From: Fistulifera solaris
Taxonomy: Eukaryota
Direction of reading: 5' to 3'
Length of the DNA stretch: 64,000 nucleotides
Assembly (NCBI GenBank): GCA_030295235.1
Contig: AP026123.1
Span: forward strand, 2,418,001 to 2,482,000
The notes under the pieces were generated by a model. It was not told where the DNA came from and ran no database searches. It saw only the letters and a list, made by a program, of their open reading frames with translations. Position numbers and translations under genes: made by a program. Positions 62,546 to 64,000 of this stretch are shown piece after piece; position 1 is the stretch's first letter; each line of letters begins with the position of its first letter.

Positions 62546-62718
62546 TGAAGGCTAGTGATAGATACTAATGTAGTGTATTTTCCGTAAATAATACCGAGTA
62601 GATATTAATTTCTATTAAACCAACTACGTTCTGCGTGCTGGATCCCCTCCAGCGGAGTAAACTACTGCCAGTCGTTTTGCATTTGAACTCGGCGAATGTC
62701 CCTTTGCACTCGATTCAA

Positions 62719-63264
62719 TTACAAAAGATCAAAATCATCCAGCTTGTCATTGTATTTTTGTACAGAGCGGCGAATCTTCGACTGGTCTACCCAAGTAACA
62801 TAATCTTCCATCGATTTGGTTACTAGAAACGACGGATCGGTTACGACGTTGGGTCCAATTCGTACTTGTCCTTGCTCGATCCAAGTAATGGCAGCCTTGA
62901 TTGTCTCTGCCATTTTCAAACGCACCATAATTACAGGTAATCTTCGTCGACACAAAGCGGATACGGTAATCTGTTCTGCCGTTTGTAGTGATTTAGTAGT
63001 ATTAATGCACCCCATATCGTTCAGTTTGGTGAGCAATTGTTCCGTCATGGCAATACGAAACGAGTTATCTGCAGGTAACGTTTTCAATTTGGCCGCTAAT
63101 TTTGTGACCATACCAACTATTCGATTGTAACTGGTGTAATCATCCCGATTCTGCAAATGATATCTTCTCATAACCTTGGCGACTTGCAAGTTGTCTTCGC
63201 CTTTCCATGAGTACAGATCTACTTTTCGGAGAAGTTTCTTTTCATGGTGCTTGAGTTGCCTCAT
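62719..63264 (-). CDS. IMP3: U3 snoRNP protein IMP3 (S4 family)
   Basis: MRQLKHHEKKLLRKVD, CRRRLPVIMVRLKMAE, IEQGQVRIGP, TWVD.SKI, DDFDLL. Confidence 0.97.
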   Translation of the reverse strand: MRQLKHHEKKLLRKVDLYSWKGEDNLQVAKVMRRYHLQNRDDYTSYNRIVGMVTKLAAKLKTLPADNSFRIAMTEQLLTKLNDMGCINTTKSLQTAEQITVSALCRRRLPVIMVRLKMAETIKAAITWIEQGQVRIGPNVVTDPSFLVTKSMEDYVTWVDQSKIRRSVQKYNDKLDDFDLL

Positions 63265-64000
63265 TTCTACGTTACTAAATTATCCAGCAGTCAGAAAGAA
63301 GTAGAATGATGAAATGCAGATTGAACTGGTTAAATGCTGATAGATTCCAGCGTTCTTGATCATAATGGCATGTCAATGCAAAAGCGTGGTTTTCTTTTCT
63401 TGGTTTTCGCAATGGTGGAGGACAAGGGACGACACGGCCAGACGGACAAGCGATCCGTAAAGGTTAGGGTTTACCATCTTACCGGTCTACTAACGACAAA
63501 AGCGTGACGCTGATGAATATACCACTGTACTCTTTACTATCAATCAGTGATAAAATGGGAAATGGGCCAACATTTTACTACAGTGAGTAGAGAAATGGTC
63601 TGTCCGAGCGGAAATTCTTCATACTAACTTTCGATTAAGAAGCTTAAATATCAATACCGCTCCAATTTGCCGTTCTTACATCAAGTGTACTGCGTTCAGA
63701 AAGGAACGTGGACCCGCGTCGACACTCTCATAGCAAAGAATACTAGTAGAATGATTGTGTCACACCGACCAACGCACCAGCCAGCCATCTCTTCTCATGC
63801 TCGATGAACTTTTTCTTTTTACGTTTACGAGGTTCTTTTTTTTTGCGAAGTGAACAAAGTCACGCTTGAATATTCATCTCAACCAGCTTACTAAACTTAG
63901 ATCTCAAGATACTAAGGGTGAGGAAGTTTCGGCTTGTAGTGATGATCTGTCTTGCTTGAAAATTGCTGCCCGGCTGGTCGAAACTCGGTCCTGTTTCGGT

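Overview
Gene-dense eukaryotic genomic window, most likely from a (pennate) diatom. This is inferred from short 55-150 bp GT-AG introns, bipartite signal-peptide + F/W plastid-targeting N-termini, a DUF6824 protein and diatom-type glycosyltransferase-like genes. About 28 protein-coding genes are present; I found no rRNA, tRNA or CRISPR. Many genes, including essential ones (SmE, SDA1, DUS1, PI4K), are split by 1-bp indels that mostly lie in homopolymers, so the frameshifts are read as long-read assembly errors rather than pseudogenes. Housekeeping genes occupy about 0-29 kb and 55-64 kb. An accessory-looking block at 29.7-43 kb holds a MYND-RING-TPR gene, a decayed Helitron-type (DUF6570) remnant, a GST, a CXXC-HECT E3 ligase, an FAD oxidoreductase and the strongest candidate for a novel system. 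That candidate is an NLR-like STAND protein with an N-terminal gamma-glutamylcyclotransferase-like enzyme domain, NB-ARC, a hydrophobic hairpin insert and TPRs. At 45-55 kb there is a four-copy EamA/DMT transporter array whose copies appear to carry different targeting signals. All family calls are motif recognition by eye and no database search was run.
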